A DNA stretch of 63,117 bases, filler included, from Octopus bimaculoides (lineage: Eukaryota): assembly GCF_001194135.2 (NCBI RefSeq). It is 5 parts of 4 records of this genome, joined end to end, with 100 filler letters (N's around TTAATTAATTAA, not from the genome) between each part and the next. Parts side by side here need not be neighbours in the genome. Positions count along the whole stretch, not along the records: positions 1 to 24,211 come from NC_069002.1; positions 24,312 to 37,748 come from NC_068989.1; 3 more parts are not named here. One strand, written 5' to 3'. The notes under the pieces were generated by a model, which saw only the letters and a list, made by a program, of their open reading frames with translations, searched no databases and was not told the origin of the DNA. Below, piece by piece: positions 13,069 to 25,544 of the stretch (position 1 is its first letter; every line of letters starts with the position of its first letter). Both the position numbers and the translations under genes were made by a program.

Positions 13069-13070
13069 AT
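12805..13070 (+). mobile_element. SINE family B, full length, with (ATT)n tail
   Basis: Head aaggcgtcgagcc, B-box-like gttctgagttcaaat, central ttcatcgttcagtggtcgataaattaagtac, tail (att)n at 13012-13070. Confidence 0.8.
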
Positions 13071-13719
13071 TATGGCTTTAGTTTTTGCCATCTATCTCCT
13101 ATATTTACATCTCTGTGTCTTCTTAAACCCGCTTTTGTTTTGCTTCTCCCTTGTTTTTTTTTCTATCATGTTCTTACCATCATCACTACCACAACCACCA
13201 CCACCACTACCACCACCATTACCACCACCACCACCACCACCAAAACCACCACTACCATCACCATCACCCTCTTTGTTTCAAACCTTTCTATATATATATT
13301 GATAAAAGAAAAACAAAAATAGATACAAATCGAAAACAACACTGAAAAGTTGCAAATATAAGCTTTGGAGTTTTATCTAAAGTTACACTCCGTTGATTCA
13401 ATTGTCCTTGCTAAGTTCAACAATTAATTGTAACGTGTTCACGGCAATTATTGTTAAATGGCTGCACCCTTATTTTTTTAAGCTTTCAAATTGTTATCAC
13501 GAATATTAACCTTCTTCTTGTCATCCGTTGGTGTTGGTGTTGCCGCATTTTTGTAACTTTAGTAGCTGTAGCGGTTGATGCACGTTTTTTGTTAAACGAT
13601 TTTCATTTACTTTTACATAAATTTTATATTTTAAATACGTTATCTTAACTTCGTAATTGTATGGCTGTGAAATTATTTTCCTTTTATCATATATTTTCAT
13701 GTTACTTATTATTAATGTT

Positions 13720-13855
13720 CATCGTCATCATCATCATCATCATCATCGTCGTCGTCGTCGACGTAGTTAGTCGTTGTCGTTGTCGGTGTCGTCATCATCA
13801 TCATCATCATCACCACCATTATCTTCTTCTTCTCCTTCTCCTTCTTCTTCTTCTT

Positions 13856-13929
<74 letters not shown>

Positions 13930-13935
13930 CATCAT
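13720..13935. repeat. Compound microsatellite (CAT/CGT)-(CTT)n-(ATT)n
   Basis: Read directly; abuts the SINE-C tail. Confidence 0.95.
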
Positions 13936-13943
13936 CTCATATC

Positions 13944-14157
13944 TTTACTCTTTTACTCTTTTACTTGTTTCAGTCTGTTGACTGTGTCCATGCTGGAGCA
14001 CCGCCTTTATTCGAGCAAATCGATCCCAGGACTTATTCTTTGTAAGCCTAGTACTTATTCTATCGGTCTCTTTTGCCGAACTGCTAAGTTACGGGGACAT
14101 AAACACACCAGCATCGTTTGTCAAGCGATGTTGGAGGGGCCAAATACAGACACACAA

Positions 14158-14188
<31 letters not shown>

Positions 14189-14363
14189 CATACATATATA
14201 CGACGGGTTTCTTTCAGTTTCCGTCTACCAAATCCACTCACAAGGCTTTGGTCGGCCCGAGGCTATAGTAGACGACACTTGCCCAAGATACCACGCAGTG
14301 GGACTGAACCCGAGACCATGTGGTTGGTAAGCAACCTACTTACCACACAGCCACTCCTACGCC
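13944..14363 (-). mobile_element. SINE family C, full length, with internal (CA)/(TA) tract
   Basis: Reverse of a tRNA-like head (aggcgtaggagtggctgtgtggtaagtag...gggttcagtcccactgcgtgg); near-identical to 27787-28192. Confidence 0.9.
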
Positions 14364-14587
14364 TTTGTTTATAAGTTACGTATATTAGCTGATACACATT
14401 CAAATGTGCACATACAAACATGTTTAAGTATACACACACACACGCAAACACATACACACATAATCATTTTTATATAAAAATATCTCCGCGTGTTTGTGTG
14501 TGTGTGTGCGCGCGTGTGTGTGACAGTACATACATGCATCAACGGATAAATATGCTCACCCTTCTTGTATTGCATTTACATTTTAAG

Positions 14588-14882
14588 AAGATTGATTCCT
14601 TTATCTCAACAATCTCCTCAAGACAACGTGTCTGCAAAGGTTTGCAATGCAGATTCTCCGCACATATTTCCCAAACATAGCCGTCGTTTACAGCAGTTGT
14701 GCAGTGGATCATCCTCAAGCCGGACTGAAGTGACGCAAGTTAATTCCTTGACACATGAAGACAGAAATAAACGCAGGATGGTCCTAAAAGGAAACGAATC
14801 ACCTTCCAACACTTCATCGGCTTCGGTTATTCTTCTATTTAGGTCGAAAAGGTCCAGGAAGATACGCAGTTCAAATCTATGA
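14588..14882 (+). CDS. Candidate terminal exon, Ser/Arg-rich, product unknown
   Basis: Acceptor catttacattttaag|, then about 97 open codons in unique sequence (RLIPLSQQSPQDNVSAKVCNADSPHIFPKH...KIRSSNL*). The antisense frame is also open, so the strand is uncertain. Confidence 0.25.
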
Positions 14883-15284
14883 AAATGAGGTAGTGACGGG
14901 ACAGCAACTGAAAATATACGTTCGCTGCTCAAATGAAAAAAAAAAAAGAAAAAAGTGTATCACGTGAAAGTGAAAAAATGAGTCAATTCAAGAGTTCAGA
15001 AATTCGGATATTTTCAAAGAAAATAAACAGGTAAAGACAACATACCTGGTTGTAGATTTTAAGCACACTACTTTGGGTTGTTCGTATGAAAAGCTGAACC
15101 GATATGTCTGGGAAAATTACTCAGAAATTGCAAAATTTAAAAGCTATTACTTTTTCAGTTATTAATTTATTACTAAAAGGAACTACATATCCATAATTAG
15201 CATACAAAACCAAACCAGTACACCAAACTTGAAAACAATTGGAACAAAATTAAAAGAATCGAAAACTGAGATAGCAACAGAAAA

Positions 15285-15570
15285 TGGTTCTTCTTCTTCT
15301 TCTTCTTCTTCTTCTTCTTCTTCTTCTTCTTCTTCTTCTTCTTCTTCTTCTTCTTCTTCTTCTTCTTCTCCTCATCATCATCATCACCATCAAGATTATA
15401 TCTATTATCATCATCATCATCATCATCCTCATCATCATCATCATCATCATCATCGCCGTCGTCGTCGTCGTTATTATCATACTTATTATTATTGTTGCGG
15501 ATGTTGTTGTTGTAGTTGTTATTGTTGTTGCTGCTGCTACTATTGTGTTACTGTCGGCGCTGTTGTTGTT
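15285..15570. repeat. Compound microsatellite (CTT)n-(CAT)n-(CGT)-(TAT/TGT/GCT)
   Basis: Read directly. Confidence 0.95.
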
Positions 15571-17880
15571 GTTTCAATGTAGTTATAATATGTAAAACTT
15601 AATATCGCCGTTGCTTTGTTCTAAATTGGAATGATTGTTGCTGTTTTATCTGCACATGTCAATTTGTTATCGATTTCCAATGTTAGTACTAACGCAAGTG
15701 ATTTTTCAACCAATTACTTTTGCTGTCGTTGGTGTAGACTTTGTTGTTGTTGCTCTCTTTGGAATTGTTGTGTCACTATTTTTTCATTGCTGACGTTTTC
15801 GCTGTTGTTGATTTTTGTTGTGATGTGGTTGAACATGTTATAGCTCAACGCTTCATATTATTTACTAAGTTATTCCATTTAGAATCTACGCAGGTCATAT
15901 CCAGCCCAAATATACGATCTGTTTCATGGTCGTACCAACCAGATCCAAACTCTCACACCTAGCCCACACTGTCAATCTAAATGTACCCAATAAGAACATG
16001 AAAAAACGGAATCTTTGAGATAATCAATAATCAATTCAGAAGAATGGGAATACATACGTAAGTTATTCTTCGAGAAAGAAGTTAATTTGTTCTTGGAGAC
16101 CGCTCTTAAAGTGAAAATTTGTGAAGGAGAGCAATGGTCTCCATAGTAGCTATCATGTTTCGTTCCCAATAAAAATTATGATTGTCGTAAATAAATGACA
16201 ATAAGACAACGGTACAATGTAAAGAATGTGAAGATCATTTATAATAAAAAAAAAAACAGATTATAATTATAATCGTTTTCTGAATCACTTCCAGTCACAC
16301 TAGACTCTCGCAGACCAACACTTGTAGACCCGATCGCCGATTAACAAGCACTCGTAGACGGACTTGTAGATTTCTTTTTAAAACACAGGAGTAGAGCTGT
16401 TTGCTTCGAATACAAATGGATGCTACAAATTTCCAGACTCTGAGTAAAAGAATATAGAGGAGGATGAATTAATTATGATTTTATTGAACATATTACCATT
16501 TCAGATTCACACAGTTTATTGCAGCGGCCCTTCAGACTTTTCTAAGCCCACCCTCGTACATCTCTGAAAATCAGTTACGTAAGACTGAGTTAAGAAAGGG
16601 TCTAAATACACAAAAGTGACGTTGGCTGCGTCTTTAAAACCATATTAAATAAAATGCTTTATCAGTATCAAACCATAACAAACGCACATAATTCATTTTA
16701 ACAGAGAAGAAGCCTACATAAACGGTAAAGTGTCAGATAAATGTGATATCAGATTTGTTTTTAGATATATAATATCTCTCTATATATAAGTGGAGGCTTA
16801 GCATTAACAAAATTTTGCATTGTCGTTCACTAATTTACTGCACTTATCATGTTGTATATACAATCATATAAGAGAAAAAAAGAAACATTTAATACTTGCT
16901 TAACGAAAAGCTGGTGTCAAAATAATCAACAAAGTCTAAAAGTCAGGGGTCCACACTATTGCCCCAATTCTGTTATATACACAAACGAAACAGAAATAAT
17001 TCCGGTATTATTTCACAGGAGAAACATCGAAATATGAAGCTCTATGCCGGTGTGATATGAACTCTAAATATACGGCGGTACATGTAAAAGCTGGGATGTG
17101 ACTTGTTTAATTGTTACAGCTATGGTCACGCCACCAACCTAACACAACGCGAGCATATATGAAAATAATGAAAATTCTAGACACACATTATACGATTTAT
17201 TATACATACATATGCATATATATATACACACATATATANNNNNNNNNNNNNNNNNNNNNNNNNNNNNNNNNNNNNNNNNNNNNNNNNNNNNNNNNNNNNN
17301 NNNNNNNNNNNNNNNNNNNNNNNNNNNNNNNNNNNNNNNNNNNNNNNNNNNNNNNNNNNNNNNNNNNNNNNNNNNNNNNNNNNNNNNNNNNNNNNNNNNN
17401 NNNNNNNTATACGTATGCATGTATGTATGTGTGTATTGTATAAATATATATAAGTACATGTGGGTCTATGTGTATGTTTGCATTTGTGCGTGTGTGTGTC
17501 CATGTAGTATATATACGGTAGTCAGAGTAGTGTGTTGGGAATTGTGGTGTGGTGTTGTCAGCGAGTGGTGTATATGAAATAAAAGAAATGGAATAAATAA
17601 CAATTAAAAGAAAACCACAACAAAGCCTTACCACATATACAAAGTGAAATTCTCTATCAAATAGGGAGAGATATGTTGCTTTGTTATTTGACATCAAAGT
17701 ATGTAGTTGAAAGGTCAAGATCTATCAATATATGAGGAACATTTCCTCCCTTAAAAATAAAAGAAAACTGAGATGAGATTAAAAAAAATAAAACATGTAT
17801 ATATGTATGTATATATATGTGTGTGTGTGTGTGTGCGTGTTTGTGTACTTCGAATATGTGAACATATATACATATATCAC

Positions 17881-17918
<38 letters not shown>

Positions 17919-18258
17919 GTGTGAGTGTGTGTGTCTGCGTGCGTGTGTTTATACCAATGAATGTTTTTTCTTTTCACTTCGGTTATACTGTCTAAAACTT
18001 TAGAGATGTAATAGAAAGCCGCAAAGCAAACTAGCCTCAATGTCGATGTGATGTTAAATAGTATATGTAATGTTTTTTTTCAATATTAAATAACGTCGAT
18101 AAAGCAGGTAGAACGCCAATATTTTAGACGCGACTGTGATATAGTATCTAAGTGTATTACTGGCTTTGTAAATTTATGGTGCTTTTACAAATGTGAGTAC
18201 GATTAGAATTTAACAGATAAGGCGCCCAGTGAATTGATCGTTCTATTTCTTCGTCTAG

Positions 18259-18387
18259 CGTTCCCATCTATTTTGCGTTTGGCAATTAAAGCCATCCATG
18301 TGTCGTAATGAAGAGGCTGCAATACTAGGTAAATTTTCCACATTACAGACACAAATGATGAGAAAAGACGTTGGGGGATATAGACCA
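18259..18387 (+). CDS. Candidate 129-nt phase 0-0 exon, product unknown
   Basis: Acceptor ttcttcgtctag|, donor CCA|gtaagt, open frame RSHLFCVWQLKPSMCRNEEAAILGKFSTLQTQMMRKDVGGYRP. An alternative acceptor at 18349 is in the same frame. Confidence 0.22.
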
Positions 18388-19489
18388 GTAAGTTCTTCAA
18401 AGTGACTGAACTATACCAGTTGCAATCCCTTGCATGAGAGCTCTGTGTTAGAATTCATGTCAGCATCACCGACACAACCACCACCACCACCACCACCACC
18501 GAATTCAAGTATATAATACGTGTGGTGAATTGGTAAAATAAAAATAACTATCCCGAAATAAAAATCTTTTTGAACTGAAAAAAAAAAGGAAATAATTCTA
18601 TACCTGACTAGTTTGTAATCTGTTCGTGAAGAAATCGTTAGGTACTTGCTAGGTTTTCCTGCATTTTCTAATGGGAAAAAATTGCTAGTGATTTTCTCAA
18701 TGGGAGAAACGATTTTGAGTAAATGAAGTAAAATGTACAAAAGACAACAAATACAACAGTCTTCATATTTGCGTGATTTGAAAAATAGTAACAGATCACA
18801 GTGTAATGAATCTTACGTCCTTACGGGATTTAGATACGAGGCGAAGAAATCGAGAACATGTGTCTAACGGTCTAACGATTATACAAATGGAATCGATTTT
18901 CAGTACCTTACAAATCTCTTCTCTAAAATGACGTACGCCTAATATATAAGATAGCGGAGAAGGTGATGTCTAGACGTATCTTGAACAAACGATTTAAATT
19001 TAAATCTAAGTTATATGTTCTGCATCTTGATATTCATTGAAAGCTAAATCTGGACTAAAACAAAACCAAATATTATTGTTGATGTTGGTATTTCTTTTAT
19101 GATTTCTTAATCATTGTTGATGCATTTTCTGTTACTGTTGTATTTTTATGTTGATATATATCAATATTTGATTTATTAGTTGCTATTGGTTTTCTTTGTG
19201 GAAACCTTGCTGGTCTTGTGATGTTTTTTTCTAGAATGTGTTGCAATTTACATTTATAACACAATATCGTGCATATAAAATCACATTTTGTAGTATATAT
19301 TTCCTCTTCTTTCTCAGGAATAAACTATCTGTAAACTGGAGACACGTGAGTAGGAGTGTTACTGAAGGGGTCACTGGATGTATAACGAAAGATTTCCAGA
19401 CAAAGGATAGTAAATTAAGAACAAAATTATATATGAAGTACAAAAGGAAAATATAGAGCGGGACGCCAGTCCATCGCAGCTTTACATAA

Positions 19490-19671
19490 GTAACAGGAAG
19501 AAAGAGTGAGAGAAAGTTGGGGCGAAAGAGTACAGCAGGGATCGTCACCACCCCTGTCGGAGCCTCGTGGAACTTTAGGTGTTTTCGCTCAATAAACACG
19601 AACAACGCCCGGTCTGGGAATACAAACCGCAATCATCTGACCGCGAGTCCGCTGCCCTAACCACTGGGCCA
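19490..19671 (-). mobile_element. SINE family A, 5' half
   Basis: gagtgagagaaagttg...ggagcctcgtggaactttaggtgttttcgctcaataaac...gaccgcgagtccgctgccctaaccactgggcca. Confidence 0.85.
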
Positions 19672-20980
19672 ACGTAATACTTATGTCAAATTCGAGCTTC
19701 ACTACTGTACTGCGAGATTATATTTTGCGTTGCTCTCCATATGATACAATGGATATCGGATTAAAATCTTTACTTCATGATACGAGATAGATCTAGTCGG
19801 TCAATAAGTAATAAAATATATCAGAAAATATAATTTTTATGCTCCAGATTATTAAATGTATTTTTATCCAGTGCATTCATATATCGATATCGATTCTACA
19901 TTTCGATCTATTTCATGTATGATCGTTATCTTATTCTTGGGTGAGCATATTTTACCTGAACATTTCTTTCTATGGTTTAGTGGAACAATCGGATAGAGGG
20001 AGTCTGTAGAATTCATATGACTCGCTTGATAATTCTATTGAGTTTACCACCATTGACACGCAATACTTTTTGTCGGTAGATATTTCAGCAGCTAAAAGCA
20101 GTAAGATAATATTTTCTGTCCAACCACATCACTGCAGGAAGAAGTTAGACTACAAAATGTAACGTGTTGTTTTCATTATTTCCATTGCCGAGTGTGATTT
20201 GAAGGCAGATTTAGCTGATATTTCTACCAAATGCTGAAATTAGTGAAAAAAAAAAAATACATGTTTCCTCACAAAATGGAGCGTTTCAAAAATGGTACGT
20301 GTCTGATCAACTATCATTAGTAGTAGATATGCAAAGAGATATAACATGAAAACATAACTAGAAAGATAGGGTGGGGAGAAAAAGAAAACCCTGGTACCGC
20401 AATGCACCAGCAACTATAAGGCTGAGGATATTTGAGACTGTGCCAACATTTTGAATAAAACATCTACTATCTTAACAAATGCTCACGAAACACTCGTGAA
20501 GATATTTAACAAGTTAATGGACGTGAAGGGAAAAGGAAAGAAACCGAAATATATATGTATACAAAAAATATATATAAAAGAAAACATATAAACAAGCAGT
20601 TAAGTGCCTCACTGACGCAAATCAAACAGACACCTAGTGCAGAGATTCATCTGGGATATTGGCATGAAATTCGGGAAAAGAATAAAACATGCCAAAATGA
20701 CCTTGAAGAGAGAAGAGAAAGACCATTAAATAGACAAAAGAACAAAAGAAGTGAACATTTATAATCATACATAGATACAAACGTACATATACACACATAT
20801 ATGTACGTATATACATGTGTGTGTATGTGTGTGTGTGATTGTGTGAGGATGTGTGGGTGTAAATGTATACATATATGTACATGGCTATTTATATATATGG
20901 ATATTTATGCTTATGAATAAATACACCATCTATATATGAATATGTCTATAAGTGTGTATCTATTCTGTACATAAGCATAC

Positions 20981-21022
<42 letters not shown>

Positions 21023-21419
21023 ACATACATACATAATTACATGCACATACATAAATGTATATATTTATGCATTTATAAAAGAATGTTCGACCAAGACAAA
21101 GTACTTCAGAATCAATGAACTATTTCTAAACGAAAATACAACAGTCCTGATTGAAAACACACAAAAAAAAATAAAGACGACGAAGGGAAATAACCCTGAA
21201 ATCCGGATACGTTCGTGCTGCAGATGTTGGTGAGAGGGATAACTTCCCTTGGCAAACAGGACACAGTCGTGTGTCGATAAGCCAGCTGGAGGAGATGTCC
21301 TCCTGGGGCTAAAAGCAACAGTAACATCCACCCCTAGGGGTCAGCCACACTTAAGTGGCAATATACTACACTTTATCGTGTAGTTACTGTTAATACTTCA
21401 TTTAGAGAATTAACATTGC

Positions 21420-21478
<59 letters not shown>

Positions 21479-22022
21479 NNNNNNNNNNNNNNNNNNNNNN
21501 NNNNNNNNNNNNNNNNNNNNNNNNNNNNNNNNNNNNNNNNNNNNNNNNNNNNNNNNNNNNNNNNNNNNNNNNNNNNNNNNNNNNNNNNNNNNNNNNNNNN
21601 NNNNNNNNNNNNNNNNNNNNNNNNNNNNNNNNNNNNNNNNNNNNNNNNNNNNNNNNNNNNNNNNNNNNNNNNNNNNNNNNNNNNNNNNNNNATATGCATA
21701 TGTATATATATATGTATATATGTATATATATGTATATATGTATGTGTCTATATGTATGCACATGCATATATATGTATGTGTGTGTGTGTGTGTGTATGTA
21801 TTACTTGTATATATAAATCTTGTTTTCACTACACTACTATATTTAAAATCGCACTTAACCTTTCTACTCGCACCACAACCCCAGTACTTCCTTTCATCAT
21901 TTCTCCCTCCTTCTCTCCGTCAGTCTAGGCTTTTGAAATCGTCACTATATATAAGTAAGTGGATGTGTTGATTTCTTTATCTGTGTGTATATATATGTAT
22001 ATATGCGTGTGTGTGGTGAGTT

Positions 22023-22070
<48 letters not shown>

Positions 22071-24031
22071 TATGTGTGAGTGTGTATGTGTTTACATATA
22101 TGTATATTTATACATACATACATAAATATGCATATATTCCCCTTATATAGGCCTTGTGCTATGTCTTATGTACTGCCAGTTGTCTTCTTTTACTCTCAAC
22201 TCCACCTCGCCCTCTCTTCCTTTCTTTCTTGTTTTCTTTCTTTCTCTCTGTCTCTCTCTATCTCTCACTCTCTTTCTCTCTTTTTCTCTCCCCATCAGTA
22301 AGTAATTTCATGGTATATAAAAGCAATAGAATAAAAACAGAATGGCATTGTCAAAAAATATATTTAAATGGCAGATAATTATAGACTTTTGTCAAATCTT
22401 ATGCAATTCATTCTTCTTCACACCCATTCTCTGTCTTATCACTCAGACTATATGTGCGTCTGTGTCTATTTAAAAATAGACATAAAAGTACCCACACACA
22501 GACATATATGTGATCATTTGTATACATACATCTGTATATCATTATGCATTTATATGCATACACATTCATCATACATGTTCTTAGACGTGTTGTTCACTTG
22601 CACCGTGTCTGTGTCATTGTGTCTCTGTGTGCGTAATTAAACAGATCTCAATACATTTTGTAGATATCATATAAATATTTTGGCCACGTAGTATTCACTC
22701 TCATTTATGTCACGTATTCCTAACGCGTAAAGACATAATTCATCTTTTCAGTATAACATATGAATTGTCATGTAACCGAATTCCTGGTAATTTTGCTCCT
22801 TATTCGTCATTAAGTCAATTTATATCGCTGGAAATATTAGTGAGCATAAGTTTGAACGGATAAATTGAATTTGATTTGTTTGTCTTGATATTTCCATCCA
22901 TTTGACGTTTCTCTGTGTTTCTTAATGTGTGGCTCGTATGTTTCAATTTCCCGATGTCTCTCAATGTAGTATTGACAAGTTTTTAGTTATATGGATATTT
23001 TACTTACAAGATAATTTAAAATATACATAAGCTCTAGGTACAATATTGCCAGTTTGAGTTGTGTAATGGAATCCTAGGTTTTTGTGGTTCCATAAATATG
23101 GCGGTAGGTTAGTAGCGTTATCGTTTTTCTTAGACCTGTTATTGTTCTTTAAGAAGTCATCGAGTTCTTCTGTAAAGAGGTAAGTGTTCTAACCAATAAT
23201 GAGAATGTTATTTCTTTTACAGATACATATTAATCTCAAAGGATATCTGTATTCTTTTCGGCAACTACATCCACCACCTCAGAAAAAACAAAATACGTTA
23301 CGAAAAATTATATATCACATCATAAAAGCTGGAAGGTCAAACGCTGGATGAAATTCTTCATTTAATATGTCTGCTCAATTAGTGTGTTGCGACTAACAAT
23401 ACGCACTTAAGTTTGTATCTTTCATTTCACACATAATTTTCAGTTTTTCCTCTCAATCAAGTATCATTTGAAGGAATACGGAATGCAGACCCAGAGGAGT
23501 TTTACAAGTGTGGCGTTATGAGGGGCATTATTTCTTTTAAGAGAGATTATGAATACCATTACGCACCCTCTCGTTACACACAAAATGATCATTCTGAATA
23601 TCATCAAACATAGGCAAGCATCGTCCGTTGAGAATATATAATTAGACTTTACACAAGAAGAGGTAATGAAATGTATATATGTGTTTTGCTCATAGTATTG
23701 GCTTAGTTGTTATTTTTTTCTTCATAGAAGGAAGTCGGGGGTCCACCTTATCGTACTTTACCAAGGATGTGGCATCTAAGTTAATCTAGATTCAAGAGCT
23801 ATTTGAGAAAACTTCCAATGACTAGCTAGAATGAGCATCATTCATCCATAATTTAAATTTTGAAAACAGAAATTTATTATAGAACATTACGTATATAACT
23901 ATAGAAATACGCGCACGCACTCACATACATAGATGCACGTAAATACTCACACACTCATATGTGCATATATCTGTGTATGTGTCATAGGTTTTAGCTGCAA
24001 CGTTTCCATCCCCTCAGCCCCAACCTCTCAC

Positions 24032-24061
24032 CCCATTGTGCTGCTACTGCTGTCCTAAGAT
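24032..24061 (-). CDS. Candidate 30-nt symmetric exon (DLRTAVAAQWG)
   Basis: Acceptor ttctttttttctcag|, donor GG|gtgaga; only one of three frames is open. Confidence 0.2.
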
Positions 24062-24311
24062 CTGAGAAAAAAAGAAACGTACAATTCCTCGATTCTTCTC
24101 TGTATGTGTGTTCGTCCACGGTGTTGCAATCGTCGTAGCTGTTGTGTTTGATATTGCCATCGTCGGCATCACCGCTGCTGCTGAGCGTATTATACAATAT
24201 ATATATATATANNNNNNNNNNNNNNNNNNNNNNNNNNNNNNNNNNNNNNNNNNNNTTAATTAATTAANNNNNNNNNNNNNNNNNNNNNNNNNNNNNNNNN
24301 NNNNNNNNNNN

Positions 24312-24345
<34 letters not shown>

Positions 24346-24391
24346 TATATATATGTATATATATTTATATATATATTTATTTATATATGTT

Positions 24392-24423
<32 letters not shown>

Positions 24424-24439
24424 TTAGGTATATATTTAT

Positions 24440-24665
24440 GTGTGTATCTGTGTCTGTCTTCCTCACATCGCTTGGCAACCTATGTTGGTGTGTTCACGCC
24501 CCAGTAACATGGCAATTCGGCAAAAGATACCGATAGGATACGTACTAGGCTTAAAATACTAGGCTTAAAATACTAGGCGTAAAAAATATTTTCTAGGTTC
24601 AATTTCTTTGTCTTAAAGTCGGTACTCCACCATGGGTGTATTCAAATGACTGAAACAAGTAAATG
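24440..24665 (+). mobile_element. SINE family C 3' portion with 14-bp internal triplication
   Basis: cacatcgcttggcaacc...ggtgtgttcacgcccc...cggcaaaagataccgataggata; tactaggcttaaaa x3; aaatgactgaaacaagtaaa tail. Confidence 0.7.
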
Positions 24666-24666
24666 A

Positions 24667-24725
<59 letters not shown>

Positions 24726-25487
24726 CACTCACACACACACACATACACACAGACACACACACATATATAATTTTACTTAAAAGAGTTCCAAATCTGTCTG
24801 TTTTTTATGTTTTATTTATATTCTTGTAAAATTAATGTGGGATATAGAATATGGAATATATAATATATAATATATAAATAGANNNNNNNNNNNNNNNNNN
24901 NNNNNNNNNNNNNNNNNNNNNNNNNNNNNNNNNNNNNNNNNNNNNNNNNNNNNNNNNNNNNNNNNNNNNNNNNNNNNNNNNNNNNNNNNNNNNNNNNNNN
25001 NNNNNNNNNNNNNNNNNNNNNNNNNNNNNNNNNNNNNNNNNNNNNNNNNNNNNNNNNNNNNNNNNNNNNNNNNNNNNNNNNNNNNNNNNNNNNNNNNNNN
25101 NNNNNNNNNNNNNNNNNNNNNNNNNNNNNNNNNNNNNNNNNNNNNNNNNNNNNNNNNNNNNNNNNNNNNNNNNNNNNNNNNNNNNNNNNNNNNNNNNNNN
25201 NNNNNNNNNNNNNNNNNNNNNNNNNNNNNNNNNNNNNNNNNNNNNNNNNNNNNNNNNNNNNNNNNNNNNNNNNNNNNNNNNNNNNNNNNNNNNNNNNNNN
25301 NNNNNNNNNNNNNNNNNNNNNNNNNNNNNNNNNNNNNNNNNNNNNNNNNNNNNNNNNNNNNNNNNNNNNNNNNNNNNNNNNNNNNNNNNNNNNNNNNNNN
25401 NNNNNNNNNNNNNNNNNNNNNNNNNNNNNNNNNNNNNNNNNNNNNNNNNNNNTGCTAGTTAATAAATAAAAAGTAATTAAACAAATA

Positions 25488-25544
<57 letters not shown>

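Noticed and set aside
24256-24267. TTAATTAATTAA palindrome (4 occurrences) as a biological motif
   Set aside because: Always centred in a 100-nt N gap; an assembly linker.
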